From positions 64,001 to 128,000 of the forward strand of contig JBIJDH010000001.1 in the NCBI GenBank assembly GCA_044344255.1: DNA of 64,000 nucleotides, given 5' to 3'. The notes beneath the pieces were generated by a model. The model did not search any database, had not been told where the DNA came from, and saw nothing but the letters and a program-made list of their open reading frames with translations. The position numbers were made by a program, and so were the translations under genes. The stretch comes from Myxococcota bacterium (GTDB lineage: Bacteria > Myxococcota_A > UBA796 > UBA2385). Below, one piece after another: positions 9,120-19,048 of this stretch. The stretch's first letter is position 1; each line of letters opens with the position of its first letter.

Positions 9120-10067
9120 TCAGCCCCTCACGAAATTCAAGCAGCGGATCTTCGTCTCGGCCGACTCGATGCTCTCGCAGAGCGCCACGGCGCGGGACGG
9201 GTCAGACCGCTTCTGTTGATGGGCGACGCCCTGTCGGCAGTTGTCTCGATAGACCCCGTAGGTGTCACAGGCGGCGACGGCGGCGTCCGGGTCGCGCTCC
9301 GCCGCGCCCCAGCCGAGGCCGTGGTAGCAGTTGGTCCGCCAGGACTCGGTGGTGCGGCGACAGGACTCAGCGGCCTCGTTCACGTCGCGCCGGGCCAGGT
9401 ATTTTCCAATCCCGTGCCAGCACGTCTTTCGCGTGAGCGTGTCGCCCTCTTCCTTGGCGCAGAGGGCGATGGCGGACTCGAAGTCGACGAGGGCGATCTC
9501 TCCCACCACGTCGTGACGACAGAAGTCGCGGAAGATCTCTGCCTTCTCACACCGCTCAAAGGCGAAGGCCGCGTCGATCTCGGCGAGGGCCAGGCCCATT
9601 CCAAAATTACACTGCCCCCGCCACTTCACGATCGGGATGCCGACGCAGATGGCGTCAGCGGCGTTCCGGTCGACGGGCGCGGCGGCCTCGGCGACGTCAG
9701 CGTGGCACTCCCAGCGGAGCTCCTCGGCCTTCAGGCGGTCGCAGATGGGGATGGCGCCAGCGGGGTCGCGGGCGGCGATCTGACGGGCGGCGGCGTGAAA
9801 GCAGACGTCGCGCCGCGACTCGTCGTAGTTCTCGATGCACCGCTCGACGGTGATGATGCCTTGCCCCCCCTGACCATCACCGACGCCCTCACCCACCTTC
9901 TCCATGCCCTCTGGCTTGGGGGGGAGCGCCATGCCGGGCTCCCTGGAGGCCGCCACGACCACCTCGGCCTTCGCGGCCACCTCCACGAGCGCCGCGAAGC
10001 CGAAGCGCGCGCCCAGGTTGAAGGCGAGGCACGCGAGGAAGAGGAGGAAGAAAGCCCGGGAGCTCAT
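9120..10067 (-). CDS. Membrane-anchored Cys/His-rich helical repeat protein, unknown function
   Basis: N-terminal hydrophobic helix; about 7 repeats of ~31-34 aa (A...C.........C.(H)...), strongly GC3-biased. Confidence 0.7.
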   Translation of the reverse strand: MSSRAFFLLFLACLAFNLGARFGFAALVEVAAKAEVVVAASREPGMALPPKPEGMEKVGEGVGDGQGGQGIITVERCIENYDESRRDVCFHAAARQIAARDPAGAIPICDRLKAEELRWECHADVAEAAAPVDRNAADAICVGIPIVKWRGQCNFGMGLALAEIDAAFAFERCEKAEIFRDFCRHDVVGEIALVDFESAIALCAKEEGDTLTRKTCWHGIGKYLARRDVNEAAESCRRTTESWRTNCYHGLGWGAAERDPDAAVAACDTYGVYRDNCRQGVAHQQKRSDPSRAVALCESIESAETKIRCLNFVRG

Positions 10068-10083
10068 GAGGTGTGGGGCTCTC

Positions 10084-10314
10084 TCATTCGGTGTAGCCGA
10101 TCTCGCGCATCCACTTCTCGTAGTCGCCGCGCTCGATGTCCTTGTACTGCTGCTCGGACTCGGGCGTCTGCTCAGGCTCGGCGGGGCGCAGCTTCCACCA
10201 GAGGGCCGCGCCGCAGCCCACGAGGCTCGTGAGGACCGCGAGCACCAGCGCGACCCGCTTGGCAGCGGGGGACTTCGTGGCGACCTGCGGCGGAGCAGAG
10301 TTGGGCGTCGACAT
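10084..10314 (-). CDS. Small single-TM hypothetical protein
   Basis: 76 aa, one hydrophobic helix, coding-like codon use, co-oriented with neighbours. Confidence 0.65.
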   Translation of the reverse strand: MSTPNSAPPQVATKSPAAKRVALVLAVLTSLVGCGAALWWKLRPAEPEQTPESEQQYKDIERGDYEKWMREIGYTE

Positions 10315-10392
10315 GGGGCCCCCGGGGAGGAAGGGTCAGGGTATCACCGCCTCCCGGCGGGCGTCCACGCCACCCTCCAAGGCGCGGCGGGC

Positions 10393-11025
10393 TCAGAACA
10401 CCCCAACGGTGCCAAGCTGTCCACACCACTCGATGTCAAGGCTCCCGCTCACCGAGCCCGCACCTGCGTAGCGCGTGAGCCCCTCGTAGATGAAGTTGCC
10501 CTCCCAGGCGTCGAGCTCGAGGTCGAGCGAGTAGCCCGACCCGTCTCCGCCGCTGAGGCCGAGGGAGAACTGCGTGGGGTGCCCCTGCCACCAGCGCCCC
10601 GACCAGTAGTAGTCGGTGTCGTCGCGGGTCTCGAGCACGAAGCTCCCCTCCCCCATCGCGCAGTTGATGACCGTGCTGGCGCCGACGAGGGGGTCATTCG
10701 CGGCCTCGAGGGGGCTAGAATACCCGTCGAAGTGCAAGAAGATGTCACAGGTGCCGCCGCGGATGAGCCCGCTCGGATCGTAGGGCTCGTCGTCGGCGGC
10801 GAGGTAGTCGAAGACGTCGCCGCAGGTGGAGTCCGGGTTCGAGGAGAGGTAGGCCATCATCGTGCCCCCCGCGTCGACCCCGAAGCCCTTGTAGAGGGCC
10901 ACTTTGCCAGACTCGGCCTCACCCTCGAGGCCGATAGTGCCCGTGATCTGCGGCTCCGCGGCCGCGCCCTCGTCGCCCGACTTGTCCGAGCAGGCGACGA
11001 GGATGAGCAAGGTCCAGACACGCAT
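10393..11025 (-). CDS. Hypothetical lipoprotein
   Basis: RBS AAGGAG, MRVWTLLILVAC lipobox-like signal. Confidence 0.75.
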   Translation of the reverse strand: MRVWTLLILVACSDKSGDEGAAAEPQITGTIGLEGEAESGKVALYKGFGVDAGGTMMAYLSSNPDSTCGDVFDYLAADDEPYDPSGLIRGGTCDIFLHFDGYSSPLEAANDPLVGASTVINCAMGEGSFVLETRDDTDYYWSGRWWQGHPTQFSLGLSGGDGSGYSLDLELDAWEGNFIYEGLTRYAGAGSVSGSLDIEWCGQLGTVGVF

Positions 11026-11067
11026 CAGGCACTCCTTTGAGCCCCGCATCCTACCAGAGGCAGGCCC

Positions 11068-12202
11068 TCACTCCACGTCGCTGACCGGCCCGCTGTCCCC
11101 TCCCTCACCGGAGCGCTGGACGAGCCAGGCCTCCATGAAGGGCGTGAGATCGCCGTCCAGCACCCGCGACGCGTTGCCCATCTCGTGGCCGGTGCGGAGG
11201 TCCTTCACCATCTGGTAAGGCTGCAGCACGTAGCTCCGGATCTGGCTCCCCCACTCGATCCGCTTCTTGGTCGAGTTGACGAGGTCGATCTCGGCCTGGC
11301 GGCGGGCCTCCTCCCGCTGGTACAGGCGGGCCTTGAGGATCTTCATCGCCTTGGCCTTGTTCTTCGTCTGCGAGCGCTCGTCGCGGCAGTTGACCACGAT
11401 GCCGGACTCGAGGTGCGTGATGCGCACCGCGGAGTCGGTCGTGTTCACCGACTGACCGCCGGCCCCCGAGGCCCGCATGACGTCGATGCGGATGTCGACG
11501 TCGCGGACCACGATGTTGATGTCTTCCTCGATGTCGGGGACGACGTCGACCGAGGCGAAGGCGGTGTGCCGGCGCGCGTTGCTGTCGAAGGGGCTGATGC
11601 GGACGAGGCGGTGGACCCCGATCTCCGCCTTCATGTAGCCGTAAGCGTAGGGCCCCCGCATCTCGATGCGGCAGCTCTTGATGCCAGCCTCTTCGTGGAG
11701 CTGCTCGTCGACCACGACGGCCTTGAAGCCCTCGCGAAGCGCCCAGGCGAGGTACATCCGCTTGAGGATGGCCGCCCAGTCGGCGGCGTCGGTGCCGCCG
11801 GCCCCGGAGTTGATGTCGACGATTGCGTCGGTGTTGTCGAACTCCTCCGCCAACATCTGGTGCACCTCGGAGGCCCGCACCTTGGGCTCCAAGACCTCGA
11901 GCAGGGCGACGGCCTCCGCCTGGGATGCCTCATCATCCATCTCTCGGCCGAGCTCGAAGAGCGTCTCGGCGTCGTCGATGCCCCGGACGAGCTCACTAAA
12001 ATCGATGAGGGAGCGTTCCAGCAGACCTTTTTGCTTCAACACCGACTTGCTGCGCTCTGCGTCCGACCAGAAGTCGGGGTCAGAGGCCTTGTGCTCGAGG
12101 TCGGTGATGCGCTTCTGCTTTCCATCTACGTCAAAGATGACTCCGGAGGGCTTCAATACGCCCCCGAAGCGACCTGCGAAGGTCATAATATTCCATCGGC
12201 AT
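11068..12202 (-). CDS. prfB: Peptide chain release factor 2 with programmed +1 frameshift
   Basis: SPF and GGQ motifs. Upstream frame MPMEYYDLRRSLRGRIEALRSHL ends in CTT TGA C (12136-12130) and joins the main ORF at DVDGKQK. Confidence 0.95.
12130..12145 (-). promoter_or_regulatory. RF2 autoregulatory frameshift site
   Basis: Minus strand CGGAGT CAT CTT TGA C: internal SD-like GGAG plus the canonical CTT TGA C shift site. Confidence 0.9.
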
Positions 12203-12237
12203 CGGGACTCCCTGCCTCGCCGCCCCGGCGCTCGGCT

Positions 12238-12708
12238 TCAGGCCGAACGGGTGAGCAGCGGAGCGCCCTGGCTATCCGGTGCGAGGCGTTTGAGCAGGTC
12301 CCTTTCTCGCGCCGCCATCTCCTGAGCCTCGGCCTCCCCCCGCTCGTGGTCGTAGCCGAGCAGGTGGAGGAGGCCGTGGATCGTGAGCACCCGCAGCTCA
12401 TCCTCGAGGGTGTGGCCGAGCTCGCTCGCCTGGCGCGCCGCGGTGTCGAGGCTGATCACGAGGTCACCAAGAACGGGATCGTCCGCCTCGGCCTCCTCTC
12501 CTTCGCGCATCGAGAAGGAGAGGACGTCGGTGGGAGCGTCCTTGCCGCGGTAGTCGCGGTTCAGCGCCTGGATGCGCGCGTCGTCACAAAGCACGAGGCT
12601 GAGCTCGACCTCGTCGAGCCCGAGCAGCTCGAGGAGGCGGAGGGCGTCGGCCTCGACGCGGTCGAGCGGGTGCTCCACGCCGTCGGCCTGCCCGTGGATG
12701 TGGTTCAC
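12238..12708 (-). CDS. ybeY: rRNA maturation endoribonuclease YbeY
   Basis: LNRDYRGKDAPTDVLSF, LGDLVIS, HGLLHLLGYDH; GTG start overlaps the upstream stop. Confidence 0.95.
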   Translation of the reverse strand: MNHIHGQADGVEHPLDRVEADALRLLELLGLDEVELSLVLCDDARIQALNRDYRGKDAPTDVLSFSMREGEEAEADDPVLGDLVISLDTAARQASELGHTLEDELRVLTIHGLLHLLGYDHERGEAEAQEMAARERDLLKRLAPDSQGAPLLTRSA

Positions 12709-15311
12709 TTGCCCTCCTCCCCCTTGGGGCGGGTGCCGATCGGCAGGTGCTCGGCGCTCTCGTAGTCGGTGTCGGAGCCGTACTTGAAGCCGGGGTCGGT
12801 GCGGGTGTGCAGGCGGGGATCGGTGGGCTCGGCGCCGAAGGGGCTCGCGAGCTCGAGCGTGATGATGGGCCCGGTGGGCTCTTCGGCGCTGCGGAGGTCG
12901 GTGCGCTTGGGCACGCCGGGGTACTCGATGCGGTGGTGGTAGATGGCGAGCAGCGTGTCGGTGAAGGCGTCTACGATCGTGTAGAGCTCCTTCACCGTGA
13001 GCGGGCACTTCACGAGCTGGCCGTCGGTGACGGCACCATTGACCAGCTTCTGGATGAGGGCGCGGATGTTCTCGGGCGACTTGTCGCGGAGCGTGCGGCA
13101 GGCGGCCTCGACCTTGTCGGCCAGCATCATGATGCCGGTCTCGCGGCTGTTCGGCAGGTCACCGGCGTAGCGGAAGTCGGCCTCGTCGACCACCGAGCCC
13201 GGGGCCGCCTGCTCGACGGCCTTGGCGTAGAAGTACTGGATGAGGCCGGTGCCATGATGCATCGTGATGCCGTCGAGCACGGGCTGCGGCAGCTTGTACT
13301 GCTTGCCGATCGCGAGCCCATCGACCACGTGGGCGACGATGATGCGGGCGCTCGTGCGGGGGGGCAGGCGGTCGTGCGGGTTCGGCCCGCCCCGCTGGTT
13401 CTCGATGAAGTACTTCGGCTGGACGGCCTTCCCGATGTCGTGGAAGTAGCAGGCCACGCGGGTCTGCAGCGCGTTGGCGCCGATCGCCTCCGCCGCCGCC
13501 TCGCAGAGCTGGGCCACGGTGACCGAGTGGTGGTAGGTGCCGGGCGCCCGCAGCATCAGCTGGCGCAGCAGCGGGTGGTTGAGGTTGGCGAGCTCGAGCA
13601 GCTTGTAGTCGGTGACGAAGCCCATCACCTCGAACATCGGCACGAGGCCGAGCACGAGGATCCCGGAGCCGAGGCCGCCGAGGAAGGCGAAGCCCACGTC
13701 CCAGAGCGGCTGCGTGGCGGCCGACCGGAGGCTCGCGCCCTCCCCGAGGTGGGCGGCGACGAGGTTGAGGAGCAGCGCCATCGCCGCGTTCACGAGGCCG
13801 GTGAGCAGCCCCGCCCGCAGCACCCCCACCCGCTCCCGGGTCTGGGCGACGCTGCCCACCGCGGTCACCCCGGAGACGGCGAAGTAGAGGCAGAAGAGCA
13901 CCTGCTGGTCCATCAGCACGCCGAGGAGGGCGGCGGTGACGAGGATCCAGACGAGGGCGGTCTCGCTGTTGACGAGGATGCGGAGCAGCATCGCCCCGCC
14001 CGCGAAGGGCACGAGGTACCAGAAGGTGGTGGGCGCGGTGCCGAGGCCCATCAGCGCCGAGAACGGCGCCGAGACCTCGACGGCCACCCGCCCGAGGGCC
14101 AGCACCAGCAGCACGATGACGGCCTGGGCCTCCACGTCGCGGGTGCGGGTGGAGTAGCGCTCGATCTGACCCGCCGCGAACTGGTAGATCGCGACGTAGA
14201 CCACCCCGGACAGCGCGGTGAGGGCGAGCAGCAGCCCGAGCGTGCCGAAGCCGGAGCGGCTGTTGCGGAGCGCGTTGAGCATCTCCACCTGCTGCCGGGT
14301 GAGGACGTCCCCCTGGCGGGCGATGCTGGCGCCGCGGTTCACCCGGTTGACCACCTCGGTCACGCTGTTGCGGGCGTCCCGGCGGCGCTCCTCGGTCTTG
14401 AGCTGATTGTAGGAGAAGTTCGGCCGAACGGCGGCCCGCGCCACGGCGACCGCGCAGAGGCGGGTGGACTCGTCTTGGATGTTCTCGAGCGCTGTGAGCG
14501 AGATCGCCGATCGGGCCCCCTCCGGCGTGTGGATCTGGTCGAGCTTCTCGAGCTGCAGCTCATCGTCGCCGTCCCGCATGATGCGGAAGACCGAGACCGG
14601 CCGCCCGTCTGGGGGGAGGACGTTGGCGTCGGCGACGACATAGCTGCGCATCGCGAGGCCGATGAGCTCGCGGGCCGCGGTCTCGACCTCGCGGCTCCAA
14701 CGGGCAGAGATGATGCGGTCCAGCTCAGACGGATCGAGGGAGAGCTCGAGCACCTTGAGGAACTCTCGCGCGATCGCCGAGAGCTCCTCCGGGGAGGCCT
14801 CAGGGCGGCTCGCCGACTTGGCCCCCATCAGCGCGTCCGAGTACCGCGCGCGCGCTACCTCGAAGGCCTCGGTCACCCGCGCCTGCACCCGGGGGCCGAG
14901 GGTGGTGTCGTAGTCATAGACCGGCTGGACCGAGCCCTCGGCGTCCCGCTGGCGCGCGTAGGTGTCGTCCCAGTCGACATAGTCGAAGGAGGTGCTCGCG
15001 CGGACGTCCCGCTCGGCCACCTCGCCGGGCTGCCAGTCGTCGGTCGGGACCCGAACGTACTCGACCACGAGCAGCGAGGTGCCGACGGAGAGCAGGACGA
15101 GCGAGACCGCGCGGCGGAAGACCTCACTCTTCACGAGGGCGCGCACACGCACGAGGAGCCCGGCGAGGCCGGTCAGCCCGGGCCCCGCCCCCGGCGAGGG
15201 GGCAGACGGAGGCACCGGACCGCGGGCGGAGCCCCCCGCGGCGCCCGGCTCGGGGCTGTCAGCCCCCACCCGTCTCTCCCGAACCGGGATCACCCGAGCG
15301 GGGCCCACCAC
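12705..15311 (-). CDS. 7TM HD(IG)-family phosphohydrolase (PgpH/YqfF-like); start uncertain
   Basis: Extracytoplasmic domain, 7 TM helices, [34 protein letters not shown]. Confidence 0.9.
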   Translation of the reverse strand: MVGPARVIPVRERRVGADSPEPGAAGGSARGPVPPSAPSPGAGPGLTGLAGLLVRVRALVKSEVFRRAVSLVLLSVGTSLLVVEYVRVPTDDWQPGEVAERDVRASTSFDYVDWDDTYARQRDAEGSVQPVYDYDTTLGPRVQARVTEAFEVARARYSDALMGAKSASRPEASPEELSAIAREFLKVLELSLDPSELDRIISARWSREVETAARELIGLAMRSYVVADANVLPPDGRPVSVFRIMRDGDDELQLEKLDQIHTPEGARSAISLTALENIQDESTRLCAVAVARAAVRPNFSYNQLKTEERRRDARNSVTEVVNRVNRGASIARQGDVLTRQQVEMLNALRNSRSGFGTLGLLLALTALSGVVYVAIYQFAAGQIERYSTRTRDVEAQAVIVLLVLALGRVAVEVSAPFSALMGLGTAPTTFWYLVPFAGGAMLLRILVNSETALVWILVTAALLGVLMDQQVLFCLYFAVSGVTAVGSVAQTRERVGVLRAGLLTGLVNAAMALLLNLVAAHLGEGASLRSAATQPLWDVGFAFLGGLGSGILVLGLVPMFEVMGFVTDYKLLELANLNHPLLRQLMLRAPGTYHHSVTVAQLCEAAAEAIGANALQTRVACYFHDIGKAVQPKYFIENQRGGPNPHDRLPPRTSARIIVAHVVDGLAIGKQYKLPQPVLDGITMHHGTGLIQYFYAKAVEQAAPGSVVDEADFRYAGDLPNSRETGIMMLADKVEAACRTLRDKSPENIRALIQKLVNGAVTDGQLVKCPLTVKELYTIVDAFTDTLLAIYHHRIEYPGVPKRTDLRSAEEPTGPIITLELASPFGAEPTDPRLHTRTDPGFKYGSDTDYESAEHLPIGTRPKGEEGK

Positions 15312-16359
15312 CCCGATAGGGTCGGCCTCGTCTGTCTTCTCGCGAGTCCCCCCCCGGCCGGGAGTGGCTCGCCTCGTAGCGGTCGTAGGCCCGCACGATG
15401 GTCGAGACCAGCGGGTGACGGACGATGTCGGCGTCGCTGAAGTCGATGCGGGCGAGGCCCTCGACCCCGGCGAGCACCTCGAGCACGTGCACGAGGCCGC
15501 TCTTGGCCGGGTAAGGCAGGTCGATCTGGGTCACGTCGCCGGTCACCACCACCTTCGAGCCGAGGCCGAGGCGGGTGAGGAACATCTTCATCTGCTCGGG
15601 CGTGGTGTTCTGTGCTTCGTCCAGGATGACAAAGGCGCCGGACAGCGTACGACCGCGCATGAACGCGAGAGGAGCCACCTCGATGACGCCCTTCGCCACC
15701 ATCTTCTCGGAGCGCTCGATGCCGCAGAGATCGTTCAGCGCGTCATAGAGCGGGCGGAGGTAGGGGTTCACCTTCTCGACGAGGTCACCGGGGAGGAAGC
15801 CGAGCTTCTCGCCGGCCTCCACCGCGGGGCGACAGAGCACGATGCGCTGCACCTCGCTCTTGTAGAGGGCCGAGAGGGCCATCGCCATCGCGAGGTAGGT
15901 CTTGCCGGTGCCAGCGGGGCCCACGCCGAAGACGAGGTCATTGTCGCGGATCGCCTGCAGGTAGGCGCGCTGCCGGGGCGAGCGCGGGTGCACGGCCCGC
16001 TTGCTCGAGCCGAGGGGGATGTTGTCCTGGTAGAGCTCGACCAAGCGGGCGCCGGGCTCGGACTGCAACATCCGGCAGGCCTGGTCTACGTCGGCGCCGG
16101 TGAGGTGGTAGCCGGTGCGTACGAGCTGGTAGAGCTGGACCAGGGCGTCGGCGGCGAGGTCAACCGAGCGGTCTTGCCCGCCGACGTGGAGCTCCGCGCC
16201 CCGCTGCCCGACCCGGACGCCCATCGCCCGGTTCAGCACCTTGAGGTTCTGGTTGAGCTCCCCGGCGAGCTCTCGGAGCGCGTCGGGATCGGCAAACTCA
16301 AGGGTGATCCGCCGAGGGAGCGCGGTGTCACCCGTATCGACGGGCTCACTGCGCAGCAC
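15259..16359 (-). CDS. phoH: PhoH-family ATPase
   Basis: [51 protein letters not shown]. Confidence 0.95.
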   Translation of the reverse strand: MLRSEPVDTGDTALPRRITLEFADPDALRELAGELNQNLKVLNRAMGVRVGQRGAELHVGGQDRSVDLAADALVQLYQLVRTGYHLTGADVDQACRMLQSEPGARLVELYQDNIPLGSSKRAVHPRSPRQRAYLQAIRDNDLVFGVGPAGTGKTYLAMAMALSALYKSEVQRIVLCRPAVEAGEKLGFLPGDLVEKVNPYLRPLYDALNDLCGIERSEKMVAKGVIEVAPLAFMRGRTLSGAFVILDEAQNTTPEQMKMFLTRLGLGSKVVVTGDVTQIDLPYPAKSGLVHVLEVLAGVEGLARIDFSDADIVRHPLVSTIVRAYDRYEASHSRPGGDSREDRRGRPYRGGGPRSGDPGSGETGGG

Positions 16360-16522
16360 GCCGGGGGCAGGGGCGCTCTTGGGTGGGGACCCCTCCGCGC
16401 GGCTCGAATCCGATGGGATGGCACACCTCGAAACCGGTCATCAGGACGGTCAACGCTCCAGCCTACCATGTTGGCAGGGGGCGTGGAGGCCGACGAGCCC
16501 GGGGCTCCCGTGACACGGCGCG

Positions 16523-16584
16523 GCGGGGCGCCGCTTGAGCGGGGCGCCGCGTTAGCGGGGGACGCGTGAGCGGGGCGCCGACGG
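16523..16584 (+). repeat. Four imperfect ~16-bp tandem repeats (GCGGGGCGCCGC(T/G)T(G/T)A)
   Basis: Read directly; lies just upstream of ald. Confidence 0.7.
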
Positions 16585-16597
16585 GCGCGGCGAGGCG

Positions 16598-17698
16598 ATG
16601 ATGCTGTTCGGCGTGCCGAAGGAGATTCAGGCCCAGGAGCGGCGGGTGGCCGTCACACCCGCGGGGCTCCGGCAGCTCGTGCACGCGGGCCACCGAGCCC
16701 TGGTCGAGCGTGAGGCCGGGGCCGGCTCCGGCTACGCCGACGACGACTATATCGGCGCCGGCGCGGAGATCGTGCCCACCGCCGAGGAGCTCTGGGGGCG
16801 GGCCGAGCTCGTCTGGAAGGTGGGCGCTCCCCTGCCCTCCGAGTACGGCCACCTCCGCCCCGGGCTGCTGCTCTTCGGCTTCCTGCACCTCGCCGCCAAC
16901 CGAGCCCTCACCGAAGAGCTGCTCCGGCGGGGCGTCATCGCCTTCTCCGCCGAGACCGTCGGCCACCTCGGCCGTCGCCCCCTGCTGGCGCCGATGAGCG
17001 AGGTGGCCGGCCGCCTCGCGGTGCAGGCCGGCGCCCGCTGCCTGGAGCTGCACCCGGGCGGCCGAGGCCTCCTGCTCGGCGGCGTACCCGGGGTCGCGCC
17101 GGCGCGGGTGGCCGTGCTGGGCGGGGGCGTCTCCGGGCGGGCGGCGGCGATGCTCGCCGCAGGGATGGGGGCCGAGGTGACCGTGATCGACCCCGACATC
17201 GAGGCGCTGCGGCGCATCGACGAGCTGGCGCGTGGCCGGGTCGGCACCCGCTTCTCCTCCGACGAGGCCCTGGAGCTGGCGCTCACCGAGGCCGATCTCC
17301 TCATCGGCGCCGCGCTCATCCCCGGCGCACGCGCCCCTCTCCTCATCAGCCGGGCCCACCTCGCGCTGATGAAGCCGGGGGCCGCGCTGGTCGACCTCGC
17401 GGTCGATCAAGGGGGGATCGCCGAGACCACCCGCCCCACCACCCACGCCGATCCCGCCTACATCGTAGATGGCATCGTGCACTACGCGGTGCCGAACATG
17501 CCGGGGTCCGTTCCGCGGACGAGCACGCCGGCCCTGGCCATCGCCTCGCTGCCCTACGGCCTGGCCCTGGGGCGAATCGGCTGGGCGGCGGCCGCCGCCG
17601 CGGACCCTGGCCTCCGCGCCAGCCTCACGGTCGCCGAGGGCCGCGTGCGCTCCGCTGCGGTCGCCGAGGCCCACGGCCTGCCGCTCGCAGGGGGCTGA
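16598..17698 (+). CDS. ald: Alanine dehydrogenase-family protein with atypical active site
   Basis: GVPKEI..ERRVA.TP, FLHLA, PLLAPMSEVAGR, GGGVSG, DQGG, VPNMPG; KVKEP is replaced by KVGAP. Confidence 0.85.
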   Translation: MMLFGVPKEIQAQERRVAVTPAGLRQLVHAGHRALVEREAGAGSGYADDDYIGAGAEIVPTAEELWGRAELVWKVGAPLPSEYGHLRPGLLLFGFLHLAANRALTEELLRRGVIAFSAETVGHLGRRPLLAPMSEVAGRLAVQAGARCLELHPGGRGLLLGGVPGVAPARVAVLGGGVSGRAAAMLAAGMGAEVTVIDPDIEALRRIDELARGRVGTRFSSDEALELALTEADLLIGAALIPGARAPLLISRAHLALMKPGAALVDLAVDQGGIAETTRPTTHADPAYIVDGIVHYAVPNMPGSVPRTSTPALAIASLPYGLALGRIGWAAAAAADPGLRASLTVAEGRVRSAAVAEAHGLPLAGG

Positions 17699-17738
17699 CC
17701 CGCCGCCACACTGGGGGGCTGCCGCGGGCCGACTCGCC

Positions 17739-19007
17739 CTACTCGCTGCTGCGCTGCTTGAACAGACGCGTCGCCGCCTGGCTGACGACGCTCGAGATGT
17801 TGCGGTTGCGCAGCAGGGACTGCAGGTCCTTCTTCTGGAGCTGGCTCACCATCGACACCGCGAGCGAGACCGGGGTCTTCGGGTTGTTCACCAGCGCCAC
17901 CTTGACGGGATACTTACGGGTCCACTCTCCGTTCATGGCCACCTCGCGGAGCACGTCGCCGTCGAGGTTCTTGTTGCCCGCCACGTTGAGCACCTCGTTG
18001 TCGGTGAGCCGCCCGGACTTGATCACCGCGGAGGCGACCATCTTGTTGGAGTCCCGCAGCAGCACCTTCCGGCTCTCCTTGTTGCCGAGGTAGGCCAGCT
18101 TGATCTTCTGGCCGATCGTCATCTCGGCGATCTTGGCCTCGAGGCTGAGGCGGACCGCCTCTCCACCGGCCTCGTCGAGGGCGCCGTCGGCCGTCAGGTT
18201 CCAGGAGAAGACGTCGCTGTCGTCCTTGAAGTTGAACTCGAAGCGGCTGCCGCGGGCCCCCGGCGCCTCGGGCTCGACCACGAACATGTCGAGGCCCTGC
18301 TCTGCCGCCTTGATGAAGGCCGGCGAGCGCTCCCCGCGCAGGGCGGCCTCGATCTCGGCCATGAGGTCCATCTCTGCGGCGGCGCCCGAGGGGGTGGGCG
18401 CGGGCCCGTCCTCCGCGATGAAGCTGTCCCCGCCGCCGCCGAGGGCCGCCAGGGCCGCCGCCTTGAAGGGGCGCTCGGGCGGGAGCTCGGGAAGCTGGCG
18501 CTGCATGCGCAAGAAGGAGCCCGCTCGCTCGATGTCGACGTCCTTGCAGTTCGGATTGGCGTGCAGGGCGAGGAAGACCCCGGGGGTCATCAAGAGCCGC
18601 TCGTGGTTGTTGCACAGCTTCTCGCAGAGGGCCTTGTCAGCGCGGGCGGCGATGACCGTGGCGGTGCGATCGTTGGTGACGCGCAGCATGCCCACCCGCT
18701 CATCGAGCTCAAAGTCGGGCTCTCGGAACTCGATCAGGAATTCCAAGACCTTGGCGTGCGTGCGGGGGCCCACGGCGGTCACGACCTGCTTGAGGGGCAC
18801 GCCCCGCGCGGTCTCCACCGCGAGCTCGGAGACCTCGGCGTCGGGGTCAGACGCCAGCACGTAGAGGGCCCCGAGCTGAGCGTCGGTGGGCATGGGCAGC
18901 AGCCCGCGCGCGATCGCGAGCTTCACTGGCCTCGGGGCGTCCCGCTCCAGGTTCTTCTCGATCTGGGGCGGGATTCCAAGCTTTCCAAACGGGATGACGT
19001 CCGACAT
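17739..19007 (-). CDS. Conserved hypothetical helical-repeat protein
   Basis: KIKLAYLGNKESRKVLLRDSNK, VKVALVNNPKTP; strong coding bias; RBS GGAG. Confidence 0.75.
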   Translation of the reverse strand: MSDVIPFGKLGIPPQIEKNLERDAPRPVKLAIARGLLPMPTDAQLGALYVLASDPDAEVSELAVETARGVPLKQVVTAVGPRTHAKVLEFLIEFREPDFELDERVGMLRVTNDRTATVIAARADKALCEKLCNNHERLLMTPGVFLALHANPNCKDVDIERAGSFLRMQRQLPELPPERPFKAAALAALGGGGDSFIAEDGPAPTPSGAAAEMDLMAEIEAALRGERSPAFIKAAEQGLDMFVVEPEAPGARGSRFEFNFKDDSDVFSWNLTADGALDEAGGEAVRLSLEAKIAEMTIGQKIKLAYLGNKESRKVLLRDSNKMVASAVIKSGRLTDNEVLNVAGNKNLDGDVLREVAMNGEWTRKYPVKVALVNNPKTPVSLAVSMVSQLQKKDLQSLLRNRNISSVVSQAATRLFKQRSSE

Positions 19008-19048
19008 GCCGCTCGTCTCTCCGGGGGGCCCCGGGCGACCCTCCGCCG

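Noticed and set aside
9120..10067. Multiheme cytochrome c
   Set aside because: No CxxCH motifs.
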